64,000 nucleotides of DNA, from contig OZ241826.1 of NCBI GenBank assembly GCA_965202585.1, positions 30,566,001 to 30,630,000 of the forward strand, in the 5' to 3' direction. The position numbers and the translations under genes were made by a program. The stretch comes from Thalia democratica (taxonomy: Eukaryota). The notes under the pieces were generated by a model. The model saw only the letters and a list, made by a program, of their open reading frames with translations. It searched no databases and was not told where the DNA came from. Below, piece by piece: positions 35,301 to 48,384 of the stretch; within the stretch, counting starts at the first letter, position 1; each line of letters begins with the position of its first letter.

Positions 35301-37832
35301 AAAGTATAAAAACAACTCAAATAAATGCTTTAGTATGAATCTCACTGAAAAATAATAAAAAGTCGTTAGGAGTGATTAGCTTCTAATGAGCGTCTTTTCA
35401 AAAATGAACATCTCCCAATCACCTCAGCTTACTAAATAAATTTTATAAAAATAAAGTTTTAACATTAGGAGTTTTAGCTTCTTTTTAACAATTCACAACT
35501 CCTTACTCTGAGAACACGAATCGTTTATTTATAAATTGAAAATATTTTGATATTTCATTTAAACTGTTTAATGCAGACTGCGACTAACCGTAGAGCTGAA
35601 AAAAACCGACTGCCGACTGAAAGGTCATTTTAAAAGTTCCTGTTTTTTCAAAATTCTCAAATGTCTAGATGGGAACCGAATGAATGATGAAATGTTTTTG
35701 ACAATTTGCTTATGAATAATTTGAAGGCTCGCGAGCGAAGAATTAGAAAAAATGAGTTCAGAAAAATGTTACGACAGCTAGCGGTTAAAATTTTATTATT
35801 GACATGATGTCTGCGCAGTTTTTTGTAGTTTAGTTCGCAATGTTTATAAACTTGAATGTTTTATTCAACTTTAAGCTTAAGTTATTTTACTAACCTGTAA
35901 GCTTAGGATAAGTCTAACAAAAAAGACGGTAAAATTGAGCTTTGAATTTTAACAAAAAAGTTATTAAAATGGTAATGAGTTTAGAAATACTTTTTGTATA
36001 ACCACCTTCTTTATAAAATAAATATAAATCACTATATATAACATTTAAATAAAACTGATAATAAAATTCTAATAACAACATGTTCACAAATTTTTTTTTG
36101 CCATAAAAACAATTTACATCTTGAAATCGGATGTTTAGTTAGCAGTATTTAAAAGTAAGTCATACACAGTATTTATTTTTTTAAACTTAGACAATGAGCA
36201 TTTCGAAAACTGCCTTAAATTGATCAAAAATGTTTTAAGTAAAAAAAATAAAGAAAGCTTAAATATTATAAAACTATAACATTATCAATTACCAAATGTA
36301 GGCTTACTTGTGCATTCAAGCTAACAATTAGTCATGATTTTATTGAAACTTGTACCTACTTAAACAAAAGTGATTTAAAACAATAATCATTGTAATCTTT
36401 GTATACAAGAACTTCAAAAATCATTTCATGGCTTTAATGAAATACTTGATTATTTTTAATGTTAGTTATTTATAGTTTAAATCGATTAGATATATGAAAG
36501 TATAAACTTAGTAAATTTTCATTTATTTAAAAAGAAATAAAATAAAACTTTGTAGTACTTAACCTACAGTATACATTTAATTTCAAGTAAAACTTAAAAC
36601 TTTTTTAAGTTATATACTCTACCGTTAAAAACATAAATGTAAGTAAAAAAATTGTGGTTTTTAAGGGTGGAGTAAAACACTGCAACAAGTCACTACTTCC
36701 TGAGCTAAAGACTAAATAGAAGAAAAAAAATATCAAACTAATTCTTCTTAATACGCTTTAAAATAATAATACAACTAAAAAACAAAGAATAAAATAATAG
36801 TAACATGGTTTTGTAGCATGAACAATGTAGTAACAAAAATCATACCATGTAGTACCAATTATAATATAAAACAAAAGTTATTTCTTATAAATCTAAAACA
36901 AAAAAAAAGAAATGACCTACCGTTGTAGTATTTGTCCATAAAATATTGTTTGAATTTTAAAACAGTTGTCGAAGAAATTATGTCTTCTTTTAAAAAAATA
37001 CTTTAAATGTTACTTTTATTAAATTAACAGCAAGTATTATAAAAATCATAACAAGTTTTAGTGGTAGCTGTAGAAGTTAATTTATTTATGTTTAATTGTA
37101 GCTTGGTACCATTGTATTCCTTACTTTTACTTATTTTTATCTAAGAATAGATTATAAATAATAAGTGTGTATAGGTAATATAAAATGTCGTTTAATTAGA
37201 TTAAGGTTCAAGGTAACATATAAACCATGAAGCCTGATACTAATGAAGATTTAAATTAAAATAAATTCGATTCTAACAAGTTTAGAAGTTTATTTGTAGT
37301 TACATTCATTAGCATTAAAAAAATTGCGGTTAGTATTAAACAGTACGGCTTTAGTATCAAAATTTACGAGTTTCTAGAATTAACAAGCAAAAACTATAAA
37401 TGTTTTAAAAACATTCTAATTTCAACTAATTCAAACAGTCTACAGCTGGAATCCTATATTACAGATATTAAGAAAAAACGCTTCATATATGTTACAGTTT
37501 AAGAATATTACAGTTTATTACCAGTAAACTACATATTTACTTTTTCGCCCCTTGCTAGTTGTTGACTTTTGATTGGTAAAATCACTCACAAGATGGCGAC
37601 ATCCGGGCCATAGTTACTGCAAAGTTTTTGTAGTGAGCAGTATAGAAATATTATTTTATACCAAAGTTTTGATAGAACAAAGAAAAGCAAAGCACTAGTA
37701 ATCTGTAATCATTAAATTAAGAGCCTAACTGTAAACTTTTACTACGAACACTTTTCACATTAATGTTTTTAAAAGATACGTTTTGAGCTGAAAGTACCTC
37801 GTGTGCCGTAGGTTTTAGCTATCAAGGCCGAA

Positions 37833-37858
37833 TTCGGGCCGCAGTTTGCCGACCCCTG
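37833..37858 (-). mobile_element. hAT (Charlie/MER1-like) MITE terminus
   Basis: Reverse complement reads CAGGGGTCGGCAAACTGCGGCCCG. Related degenerate ends occur at 10-35, 22596-22613 and ~51943-51965; partner end and TSD were not found. Confidence 0.5.
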
Positions 37859-39267
37859 CTTTGAGCTAAAATATTTTAAACAACACTTAAGTTCTGTATA
37901 AAATAAACAAACTTAAAATGTTTGTTCCATAAATAAAAAGTTCTAAAACAAATATACATTTAAAGTAAAATCTAGCTTGTTAAAAACATGAAAACAAAAT
38001 TAAAATATCTAGTTTCAAATGTAGCTCAGCTTTAAAGTTGTTAGTTTAATCTATTCTTTTACAAAAAATATTGAAAATATTTTTGTTAACTAACACGTTT
38101 TGTAAGATCTACAGCAGAAAACGACTGACCAAACAATAAACCGTTTTCATGACAAATGAAATTACTGATGGTTTTATTTTTAATGTGCTGGTACGACCCA
38201 TTAACGTCTCGTAGATGATTTTACTCAAATACAAAACTGTAGATGTCCAAGGCTAATGTCTTTTGAATTTTTTTGTTGATGTTAGTATTGTTAGAACTAC
38301 TGTTAAAATGTTTTCAAGCTCGAGTTTGCGTTAACAACAGCCTATGTTTTCTAAAGTTGTTAAAAGTCGTAAAAGATTGAAAGGCCATTCACTTTTTATT
38401 TCATTAGAAATATTATTTGATACAAGCTATAAATAAAGAATAAAATTCATTCTGCGTTCCGAACCTTTGTTTAGTAATAGAACAATTTACCGAATTCAAC
38501 TAAGTTGTCAATTAGCTTGTTGTACTTATTAGAAATAGTATGCTTCAGGTATATTACATTGCTAGTTACACTTTTTTTTATGCTTTTTACTTACTTGCAA
38601 TTTAAATTACCAAATTATTGATAGTTGTGTTTTGTGTTATTATATAAAACTCTATATGTTTTCAAAGTTTTAGTTCAAAACTTACTTTATTTGAAACCAT
38701 AAGTTAAAAATTTAGAACACAACAGTAAGTATATTTATATTATATTCTGTAATATTAAACTAGTTAACTTCTACATATAAAGTATTTTATAAATTGTACA
38801 AATAGACAATGTATATCCAGAATATTTATTATAGAATAAATCTTTAAATAGTATGCAACTGCCACATCTAGTAAACAATATTGTTTGAATTATTCTTAAA
38901 ACTTGAGAAATAATTGTTATCATATTTTCTCTAAATCTTTTTTTAAATTGATTATTATCTATCTGTGTAAGTCTCTATGGAAAAAACCTTCTAGAAATTA
39001 AAAAAACTTTTGTTTTTTTATCAGCTTAATTGACGTAAACCTTAAAGTAATGAAGGCAGTTTTTAAGTTTATAACAAAAATCAATAAAAAACAAGAACCT
39101 TAATAAATAAATTTAAAATAGGCTTATCGTAATAAAAACTAAAGTTCAACGAATTTTTCTAATTTAAAAACGCAAAATTTTTATGCAAATGTTTAAATTA
39201 TAAAATAAAAAACAGCGTAGTTAATGTTTTATATTTATTAGTAAAAATGAAGCATATAGATCATGTA

Positions 39268-42200
39268 CTAGAAGATAATAATAGATCGAGAAGCAAATAA
39301 TAGATCGAGAGGCAAATAATCTAATAAATGTTGGTTTCCAAAAAACTTTTGAATAACTTCAAGTCTCCCATCTTGTGTATTGGAACGAAAGTTGTGATGC
39401 TCTGTAAAAAGTAAGTAAATGTTAATTTTAATCAGACTACTGAATAAAAAATGTTTCAATCTGTTTCAAAATAAACGTACAACACTTTTTCGGTTTACAT
39501 ATTAAACTAATAAATTGTATTTTTTCTAGTAACGTTTCACTTTAACTTGAGTTAGGTGTCATCTAAGTAAGAACAAATATTTTATACACTAAAAAGGTTT
39601 TTTAGAAATTAAATTATGAAATAAAAATTTGAGTACCTTTACTTTTAGCCTGTTAAGAACACATCAGTGTGTAACAAACTTGAAATACTTCGAATTTAGA
39701 AAATGCTTCTAACTATAATTTTCAGATTTAATGGGAAATTAATATGAAAATCTGACCTGTTGGGAGTGCTCTTTGCTGTTCACAGTCCCAATAACCACAT
39801 ACAAGTTCTTGTCTCCGTACTCTTTCTTGATACGGGCTTACACGGAGCTCTTGCCCACCACTTGAGAGCTGTACACGTCTGCAATGTCCACGTACCGGTC
39901 CAGACCGAACACCACAAGTTTGGACGCCGCATCCGACAATTCGCTGTTCGTACAAATCACTATCTTGGCTCCTGGTTTTTTTAGAAAAAATACATTATCT
40001 TGGTGTCTGATCTAATCAATGAGTTATAACTTTATTTCAAACTTAAACTACTTGTTAAACCAAGACATATAGAATAGGAAAAAAAAATAGTTAATAAAAG
40101 CAAAGTTTATAAGCAAATTGTTTAAATAAAAAAAATTATTATAAAAATTAATAGTTTATGATTGATTTTAGTTAGTAAGAAGAAGATCAAACTTGCTATG
40201 TTTAACGTCGAGAACGGCTGTGGACGCATCCAACCACATCTTAGCCGGTCCGGCCATCATCCGTTCCTTGTTTCTTGCACATCTCTCCTTGGCGTCTCCC
40301 ACCTCGTTCTGTTCTCCTTGCCAGCTCTGGAACTTCTGGTAGGTGTCACGGATCATGCGGTACCTAAAATGTTGTGTGGATTATTTTTATAAAAGTCAGA
40401 AGTTTTTTTTCCAAAACTTACTTAAGAATGGTAGAATAAAATTTTCTTCTTATATAACATATCGTAACACCTGATTTCAATTTTTTTTTTAAATAAAGAC
40501 AACAGTAAAAGCTAAGTATGAAATGAAAACTTTTCATACTTTTAATCAAAACAAAAGAAGACCATACAAACCTGATAGCAAGCTTTTTTAGAAAACCAAT
40601 TGAGTTTTTTTCTACATGGGTTCCAGAGGCATGGAGCGCAACATTGCAAAATCCATCTTGGGAGAAATCGTAAGTGGACAAGTCTATGTTAAAGTTGTCG
40701 TCTTCCGAAACATCTTCAACATTGGGCTGGCCGTAATTCTGATTAAATAGTTAAAAATGTGTTTTTATCATTAAACTTTTATCTTGTCGAACATTCAAAG
40801 TTTTAAAAAAGTTTTGTTTAATATATTTTGACCTATATTTACACGGTTTAAAAACTATGAGGTCATGCAATTGATATTGAACAATGTGGTTGTATTTAGT
40901 TTTATTTAATTATAACAAAACAGATGCATAAATATGAAGCTAATGTTTATTTATTAGCGCTCTATAGAAATTATTGCACTTGTTTTTGTTAAACAGTTCT
41001 TTGATTTATCTAATTAAGTTCAAACTTAAAATGTTACTTTCAAGTTTATTCCATCCAATAATAACATGGTAATAAAATCTAAATATAATATAACTATGAT
41101 AGTAGTTAAATTAAAAAAAAAATCTTTTCTTACACTTAATGACACTTGGAATGGTTTATATGTAATAGTAAGTATTTATTTACAGGATTTAAATATATTA
41201 GGTAAACAATATTTATGTTTTAATCAATATTTCACGGTTACTTTAAAAAAAAATTGGTCCAGAAAACGTTTATAGATTGTTTTGTTAAAAAGCATACTAA
41301 ACATTTATGTTTAGTATAACATTATATAGTTTCAGTTCACAGTTGGTTTGAACATGCGAAGTAGCAGTCATGACACAGATTACTATTTTTACATGTAATT
41401 TACAACTATGTGCTTAGATAACTATATAAATTCAATGTATTAGTTTAAGATAAAATTATTTAAATTAATTGACGTCTTATTTAATAAGTTCTTTAAAAAG
41501 TTTGCGCGTTAAAAAACGTTTAGACGTTGCAATTAAACTATACGAACAAAAATAATTGAACTGACTAACTATGTTAACAATACTAAAAATCTAAACAAAA
41601 CAAACTTCAAGATCTTTCTTGAAGAAGAAGTTGTGTCCGATGTGATCTATCATGTCAACGGACCACTCCAACAGCATTTTGGTGTCATTCTGTTCCTCAT
41701 AATTTGATGCAAGCGTTATTGCTGCTCCAAACACTTTGATGTTCGGTATAAGTACGTCATTTAAGTCGAATATGTACACTCGCTGTAATTAATGTTAGTT
41801 TTTATACAACTAGTGAATATGTAAAACGTTATGTATTAAGGTATGTTATGTGTATAGGTTGAGGTTGCCTAATGTATAAATAATAATTTTTTGGTTTAGT
41901 AAAATGCAATGGTCAACTGTAAATAATCGAATTATAAGTATTAAGTTAATCTTAGCAAAAATGAATTCGATGAATTCAGCTGTTTTTTGAAGTTAGATAT
42001 AAAAAAAAAATATAACTTGTATTAGACATTAGTTTAGAAGTTTAAAATAATTGTATTAGTGTAACGTTTAAAAAAAATGTCTGAAGAAGATTTCCATGCC
42101 CCCGTGCTTAAAGTTTAAAAATTAAAAGTTTGCACAAAAATAACTTTCAGCGCAAGTTGCTACTTGATTAATATTATTTCTGATGCAACTCAAAGCTTAA

Positions 42201-44397
42201 TCACTTAATAGTGAACAAACAACCAGCCAGTTGCCATTCTCTTTTACTCTTTCCGCTAACTTTAACGGTTAGTTTGACAACTACGTTCATATTTATATTT
42301 TCTCATTTGTTTTTTTTTCTTTTCCATTATTGGTACAACATAAACTATCACCCATTTTAGTTTAACGACAATTTTTGTTTTTTATTTTAACTTTTTAGAT
42401 CAATCAAATACAATTTTACAATAAAAATTTTGCAAAATTTAAAAGTACAACATTACAGGCGTTTGGAGTGGAGTGATACACTTTAGTAATTACTTCAAAC
42501 TACTAATAACACTTATAAGCAAAATTATTTTTTTCCGCAAACTTTATCAACTAAACAGCTCGTAAAAACCTTCTAATAAATTTTGAGTAATGAAATAAAC
42601 TTAACTTAACACTTATGTTTGAAACAAACCTTTTTAGGGGGAGGTACTATAATTTTCTTGGTTCCATTTCTTCGTTTTCTTGGTGGCATGTTGAAATAGT
42701 TTGCCGGGTACTTCATCTCAAAATTCTTAAAAGTTGGAGCTGAAAATGATTGATTGTATAAAATTCATTGTTTACTTTCCATTGTTATACTTAAAGCAAA
42801 TTACAACATTATGTAATGTTTATAATGAAAAATAAAAACTTACTATTTCGTGCTGCAATTTCAAAGATTTTGTTTTTATTTCGTTTAAATTCCATGGTAA
42901 TCGTAAAAAAATTAATATAAATTAAGTTTACATACTTTATAAAAAAAAAAGAAATTTTGCAACACATTGATTATAAATTGTACTTTAAATTTATTATAAC
43001 TAACGTAACCTCTCTGGCATTTATATATACAATAAAAATAAGCTAAATGAATGCTACATACTTTTATTAGAAAACTAAATTAATTTTGTTATTTAAAGTA
43101 TAACGATTGAAACTTAGACAAGAAATATTATTTGCAAACTAAAATAATGCAAAGTTACTGATTGTTAAACATTTAAAAGCCGAAGTTTACAAATTTAATT
43201 ACAAACCTTCAGCTATTGGCAGGAATGTATACGTTTTCATTTGTTGTGGTACCAAATTATTCCCATCATTAAAAGTAGCCGTTTGTTTTGAAACAGCTGG
43301 CTGAATAGAGTTTGCTTGGTCAACACTAGATTGATTGTTAACACTGGCTTGATTGTTAACCACTGAACTGTTGCTTGCTTGGGGTTGATTGGCATTCACA
43401 TTGGCCATCAGGTTGTAACTGGATGTACTCGCTTGAGATTGAGTGGGAATTCTTGCCTGGGGGCTACAAAGGGCGCTTCTCTGAGCGTTGTTTGTCATCG
43501 AGGTGTTATATAGGAGAGGTGTCAGGGGTAGAGGAGCCCGAAACTGATTAGGACAAGGGTATGGAGGATGAAGAGGAGGAAACTGCATGTGGTTGCCATA
43601 GTAACCTGCTGGAATCTGTAAAATATCTTTTGTAAATTTAAATGTATAAGCCTTAATAATGCAAAATGCTACATAAGTTTTCAGACAATCATTAGTTTGA
43701 AAACAACAAACTTGTTTAGTACTGTTCAAATTTATAAAGTCATTAGGATTTTTAATAAAAATTCTTATTTATTATAGTGGCTTGTTTAAAAACTCCTGTT
43801 TTTTTTCAATTGTTATTAGTATATACTAGTAAGTTGACTGTTCACTTATCAATCATTGTTTTTATGTAATAAAAATATTACATAAGTACTAATTATGCAT
43901 AAATATTACAAACTAAACTACAAATCCTAATGTATTTGGTAAGAGATTGAAAATCATTTTGTTTAGCTAAACTTATGTATATATTAAGTTCAACTATATA
44001 TCAGACTAATCTAATCTTAATTTGAGGCGAATAGTTATTATTACAGTTGATTTCAATCTAACGTTGCCAAAAGAAAATATATAATAATAAAAACCTTCAC
44101 GTCATTTGTTATCTCAGTTTGATCTTTTACCGCCAGTGAGCTCAATTGAATAAGATTTTTGCTTAATATTTTGTGGATCGAATTTGATAAAGGTGGCGCA
44201 AATTTCCTTATCACTGTAAATATCCTCATGCCTTTGTAAGCATCTTTCTGAGTTTCTATGTACAAATTGCAATGGGCTTTCAATTCCAACAATACTTTTA
44301 TATTCATTTTTGATCTTAAAACACTTAGTTGGATTTGGCATGTAAATAAAAACTGGCTGTTCGTGGAGTGCTTCGTTGATGATTGTAAACATTTCAT
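39268..44397 (-). pseudogene. eya: EYA-like copy B: disrupted in the canonical frame, possibly rescued as a frameshifted isoform
   Basis: Exons 44397-44095, 43615-43207, 42852-42844, 42739-42630, 41782-41606, 40738-40572, 40363-40193, (40006 or 39971)-39757 and 39401-39321. The homologous acceptor at 39977-39978 is mutated (AAACAGA->AAAAAAA), and TAC->TAA at 39838-39840. The alternative frame is open to a TAG at 39268-39270. Confidence 0.7.
42844..42852 (-). CDS. eya: 9-nt microexon of EYA-B (CACGAAATA)
   Basis: ATTGCAG|CACGAAATA|GTAAGT, phase 1-1. Confidence 0.75.
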
Positions 44398-46454
44398 TTA
44401 AAGTAAGGTTACCTGCAAAATTTAGTAGAACTTTTATATTATAATCACATTCTTAGGTTTATATACAAATGTATTTACTAAATAATGATTGAAACACCTA
44501 ATACATAATAATTATTTTAGATTCAATTATTCCTAAGTACTAGACTTTTAATTAACAAAATAAAGTATACAAAATGCACTTTTAATGTTGTATCTAAGTA
44601 TAAATTCACATACAAAAGTAGCGATGTTTACTTACACAAAATACACAAACAATAGGCTTGAATGTTACTTTTAAAGTCTTATATTGAATAAAATACGATT
44701 AAAAAAAGTACTGGCTACAAAAGTATCTAAAGACTTTAATATAATACTTAGTTATACTCTTTTGATAATATAAATAAACTTACGATAATATGTAATTTAG
44801 TTTTGTAACGGTTTTATTTTTGTTAAAAATCTCAAACTGTCTGAAAAGCTTGACAGTCAAAACTAAAATAAAAATTGAAAAAAAAAAGGTTTTATTGTTT
44901 AATGAGGGTAACTCTTCTAGTCGGCAGGTTTTATAGAAAAATTCTACTTCGGGTCGGACTTGTTAATAAAATAACTCTTTTTAAAATTCTTGTATAAAAA
45001 TAAAACAAAAACTTTTAAGAGCTAATTGAAATTATATATTCAATTAATAAACATTATTACTGCGTACGAAAAAAAAAAAGAAGCAAGTCTTTATAAAGTA
45101 TTCTTTGAGTTTTTAATTTAGTTTCTTTTTAGTTTTAAACCATTCAACTATATTGTTAAAAGAGTAAAAAAGAATTAATTTGTAAGAGATTTTTAGTCTT
45201 ATTGCTGCACAAACTAGCACAAAAATCAATATAAACCAGGGGCGTATCGTAGAGTGTAACAAAAGAATTTTAGCAGTTAAGAAAAGTAAAACTTTTTTTT
45301 TAGTTTATAGAGTACTAAGTTTCTGTGCTTTATAAGTAAAAAGAAAATTATAATAAAAAAATATTTTAAAAAGGAAACGAAAAAGTGAAGAAAAAAAATC
45401 ACAAGATAATAAAAACTTTCTAGAGGCAACATTTTAACTTTCCATATACAGAGACTACTTTCTACTGTAGAAAAGCGATCAAATTTGCATAAAACTTGAA
45501 GTTTCAATGAACAAAGTTGACAAAAATATGCAGGCTTAGTTTGTTAAAGTTACTTAATTTATTTTCTAATATTATAACACCTTTGGTAAGCTTAAGTTTA
45601 GCTAACCATTTTTGTTACATATATTTTATTGAAATGATACTATAAAAACAATTTTTAAACAGTATTTTTTGTAACAACATTAATTTTGTTGAAAAAGGTT
45701 TGATTTAAACTATGATACTTAACAACAAACACAATACTAATATAAGTATAAAAGCAAAAAATATATCATTATTTAAACGAAACAGTTTTTATTATTTAAG
45801 CCGTAAATGTGTCATACAATTATTACTATACAATGATTTGCTATAAATGCTTTATACTATAATTTCCGTTATTTAAACTCGTAATTTTAAGCTATTGACT
45901 TTTTTTTTTTGATTCAAACATTAATTTGACACCTATTTTGATTAAAAGAATTAAAACATAAAAGTTTAAGTAAGATAATTGACCTAGAATGTTTTTTAAA
46001 TATTTGTACTTTAGTATTGAAAAGAAAATTAATAAAAACATTTATTGTAACTAGATTTCAAGTATTACGAATGTTCTTATTTACTTGTCGCTCAAATAAA
46101 TAATAAGTGTATTTATCAACGCACCGTCTAATTTTCTTTTTGTTTTCTATGCACAAGTTAATTTGCTAGAATAACTGACTAGAAAGTGTAGGGCTTCACA
46201 CAAAGAAATTTAAAATGATAAAGCTAAGTATTAACTATTTATATAAAGATTTTTTTCGAAGCATTAATATTATGAAAAAATAATAACAAATTGTTTTGAG
46301 TTTGTTTAGTGGTTTTGTTTGTATAGACTTAAAGAATAGATAGCAAACTCATGATAGTTATAATTTTGTCTCTAGAATATAGACAAACAGATATATATGT
46401 ATATAAATATTTGACTAGACTTCTTACAGTTCGTTGGCTAATAGATATGTTATA

Positions 46455-46879
46455 CGGGAACGGGTTAAAAATGCACGAAGGGACACTTTTGTAGAAGACA
46501 CTTTTCAACGAAGGGACTTTTTTGCACGAGGACACTTTTGCATATAACACTATTCCACGAAGACACTTTTGCACGAAGAATCAAGTTAATTCAAGGGTCA
46601 TTTTTGCACGAGAGTAAAATAATAATATATAAATAAATAAAAACCAATTAAAAAAAAATAATAAGATACCGACCGAGAGTTAGAGCTAGGAATAACAATT
46701 GTAGTTAAAAAAATAAATAGTATAAAAAAAAAACAAAAAAAAAAAACTTTCCGACCGAGGGTAAGGGTGAGGAGTAACAGTAATAGTAAAAATAAAAATA
46801 AAATAACAAAACTTTTATTAATAAGTCATCTAAAAATATACCCGTTTAAAAGTGTCTTCGTGCATAATTTGCACCTACC
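46455..46879. mobile_element. MITE-like element with GACACTTTTGCACGAA subterminal repeats
   Basis: Imperfect inverted ends around ATGCACGAAG(G)GACACTTTT / AAAAGTGTCTTCGTGCAT, flanked by TATA on both sides; A-rich interior. Confidence 0.6.
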
Positions 46880-47399
46880 TATATTAAAAATGTCTTAATA
46901 GTTATTTAGAATGTGTTACATATAAAAAGGGAACAATATGATTATAGAATGTTATATATGATAAAAATTTAAATGTTTTTAACGAAATACAAGCAATACA
47001 CGAAATTGCATATAAGAAATAAGTTAAGGTCCTGTCACACAGTTTTTAATTAATACGGGTTTTAAGTGTTCACTTAAACAAAATAGAAATATATTGTTGT
47101 AAACTTTTTTTATTTATTAAAAACTCTCTATGTTGTAAAGTCTTTCAGTATAACATTTTATTTGAAAAAGTAAGATACTTTTAATAATAAATAAAAATAT
47201 GTTATTTGTACATACTGCTTCTTTGTAAATAAAAATTATCAAAATTAAAACGAAATTGACCGCAGCTTTTGAATATTTATTCATACAAATAAGAAAAACG
47301 TTTAGAAAGAAAAAAACTATTTTTATTCGCATTATTAGCGACAAAAATATGACGAGAAAAGAGTTAGCAACAAAACACTTGGGTAACTTATCAAGACCG

Positions 47400-47470
47400 G
47401 CTCGACTACTTTATTCACAACTGCACTATGACGTCACAAAGCAACACGTCATCGACGTAATCAGCTAATC
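47400..47470. promoter_or_regulatory. CRE-rich CpG island (candidate bidirectional promoter), unit 1
   Basis: TATGACGTCACAA at 47427-47439 plus CACGTCA and GACGTAA half-sites; lies between EYA-B (minus) and the orphan exon (plus). Confidence 0.4.
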
Positions 47471-48216
47471 ACAACTCGAACAAAATAGTGGTGAGGTGTT
47501 TGCTAAAGTACAGTAACGCCATCAAGTTAGTTTTTGTTGATTAATGCGATCAAACACAAACTTCATTCAATGCATGGTTGTTTTAATTATTTAGAAAAAC
47601 TGTTTAATTGTGCTGCAAAAAAAATAAAGTAGTTTTATGTTTATTACAAAGAAAACGAAGTATTAAAAATATATAGAAAAAATGTTTTACTACTATTCAA
47701 CTTTTAACTAAAAATATGAATTTAGAATAAATTTAAAACTTATTTTAATACCTGCTGGATAAACATCATTGAGTAGTTTAAAATAGTATAACTTCCGTTA
47801 TAACTAGTTTTTATTAGTCTATAAATTAAACATTAATGCTTGTAATTAAGTACCATTTTACTGCAAGACAAACAATTTTTTTCATTATAAACTTTATTAA
47901 ACTTTAGCGCTTTCGAAATTTCCAGACTGCCAATATTAATGCTTGTTTTTGCTGGTAATTAATTTCTTTAATTAATGAGATACAGCAAGGTGTTTTGATG
48001 TTAGGAAAACAAAGAAGAAATCGCCGAGTTGCAAATGACGAAAGAATTGAAATAAGTCTTGTCATCTCTTATAAGTTTGATAGTAATTATAAAAAATATA
48101 GTCTTACTCAAAAATATAGTCTTCTTTTCGGTTTGATTAATTGTTCTAGATAGTTATTAAACTTTGTCGAAATCAAGTACAAGTTTAATAAAACTTTAAA
48201 GTTTTCATTAAAACAG

Positions 48217-48384
48217 GTTTATAACAACAAGAGCCCGTCCATGGTAAGCTGCAAGCAACTCGTCGGGTTGAGGAGACAGTTGCGGTGCAAGGACTTTACC
48301 GTGGGGTTTTCCCACAACAGCAACTACGCGAACGGCAGGGCGCTAATCAACCTCCATAGAAACAACATAAAACTTAAAGTTTGA
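48217..48384 (+). CDS. Unidentified terminal coding exon (VYNNKSPSMVSCKQLVGLRRQLRCKDFTVGFSHNSNYANGRALINLHRNNIKLKV*)
   Basis: GC3-rich codons like the EYA exons; AAAACAG acceptor. Versus the unit-2 copy, the last 45 codons differ by four synonymous codons and one K/R change. Upstream in-frame TAG at 48151-48153. Confidence 0.55.
   Translation, partial: VYNNKSPSMVSCKQLVGLRRQLRCKDFTVGFSHNSNYANGRALINLHRNNIKLKV

Noticed and set aside
35560-35830. GC-richer island with 31-aa ORF (MNNLKARERRIRK...)
   Set aside because: Too short, with no splice or homology support.
37571-37605. CCAAT + YY1-like AAGATGGCG promoter motif
   Set aside because: The YY1 core is altered in the unit-2 copy and no associated gene was found.
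45238-45265. CAGGGGCGTATC possible transposon end (also CAGGGTTGCCA at 13623)
   Set aside because: No partner terminus or TSD was found.
47256-47468. 70-79-aa ORFs over the CRE island (also 61308-61547) and MITE-derived ORFs (46329-46574, 60308-60652)
   Set aside because: Non-ATG starts or TE-derived sequence, with no domain features.
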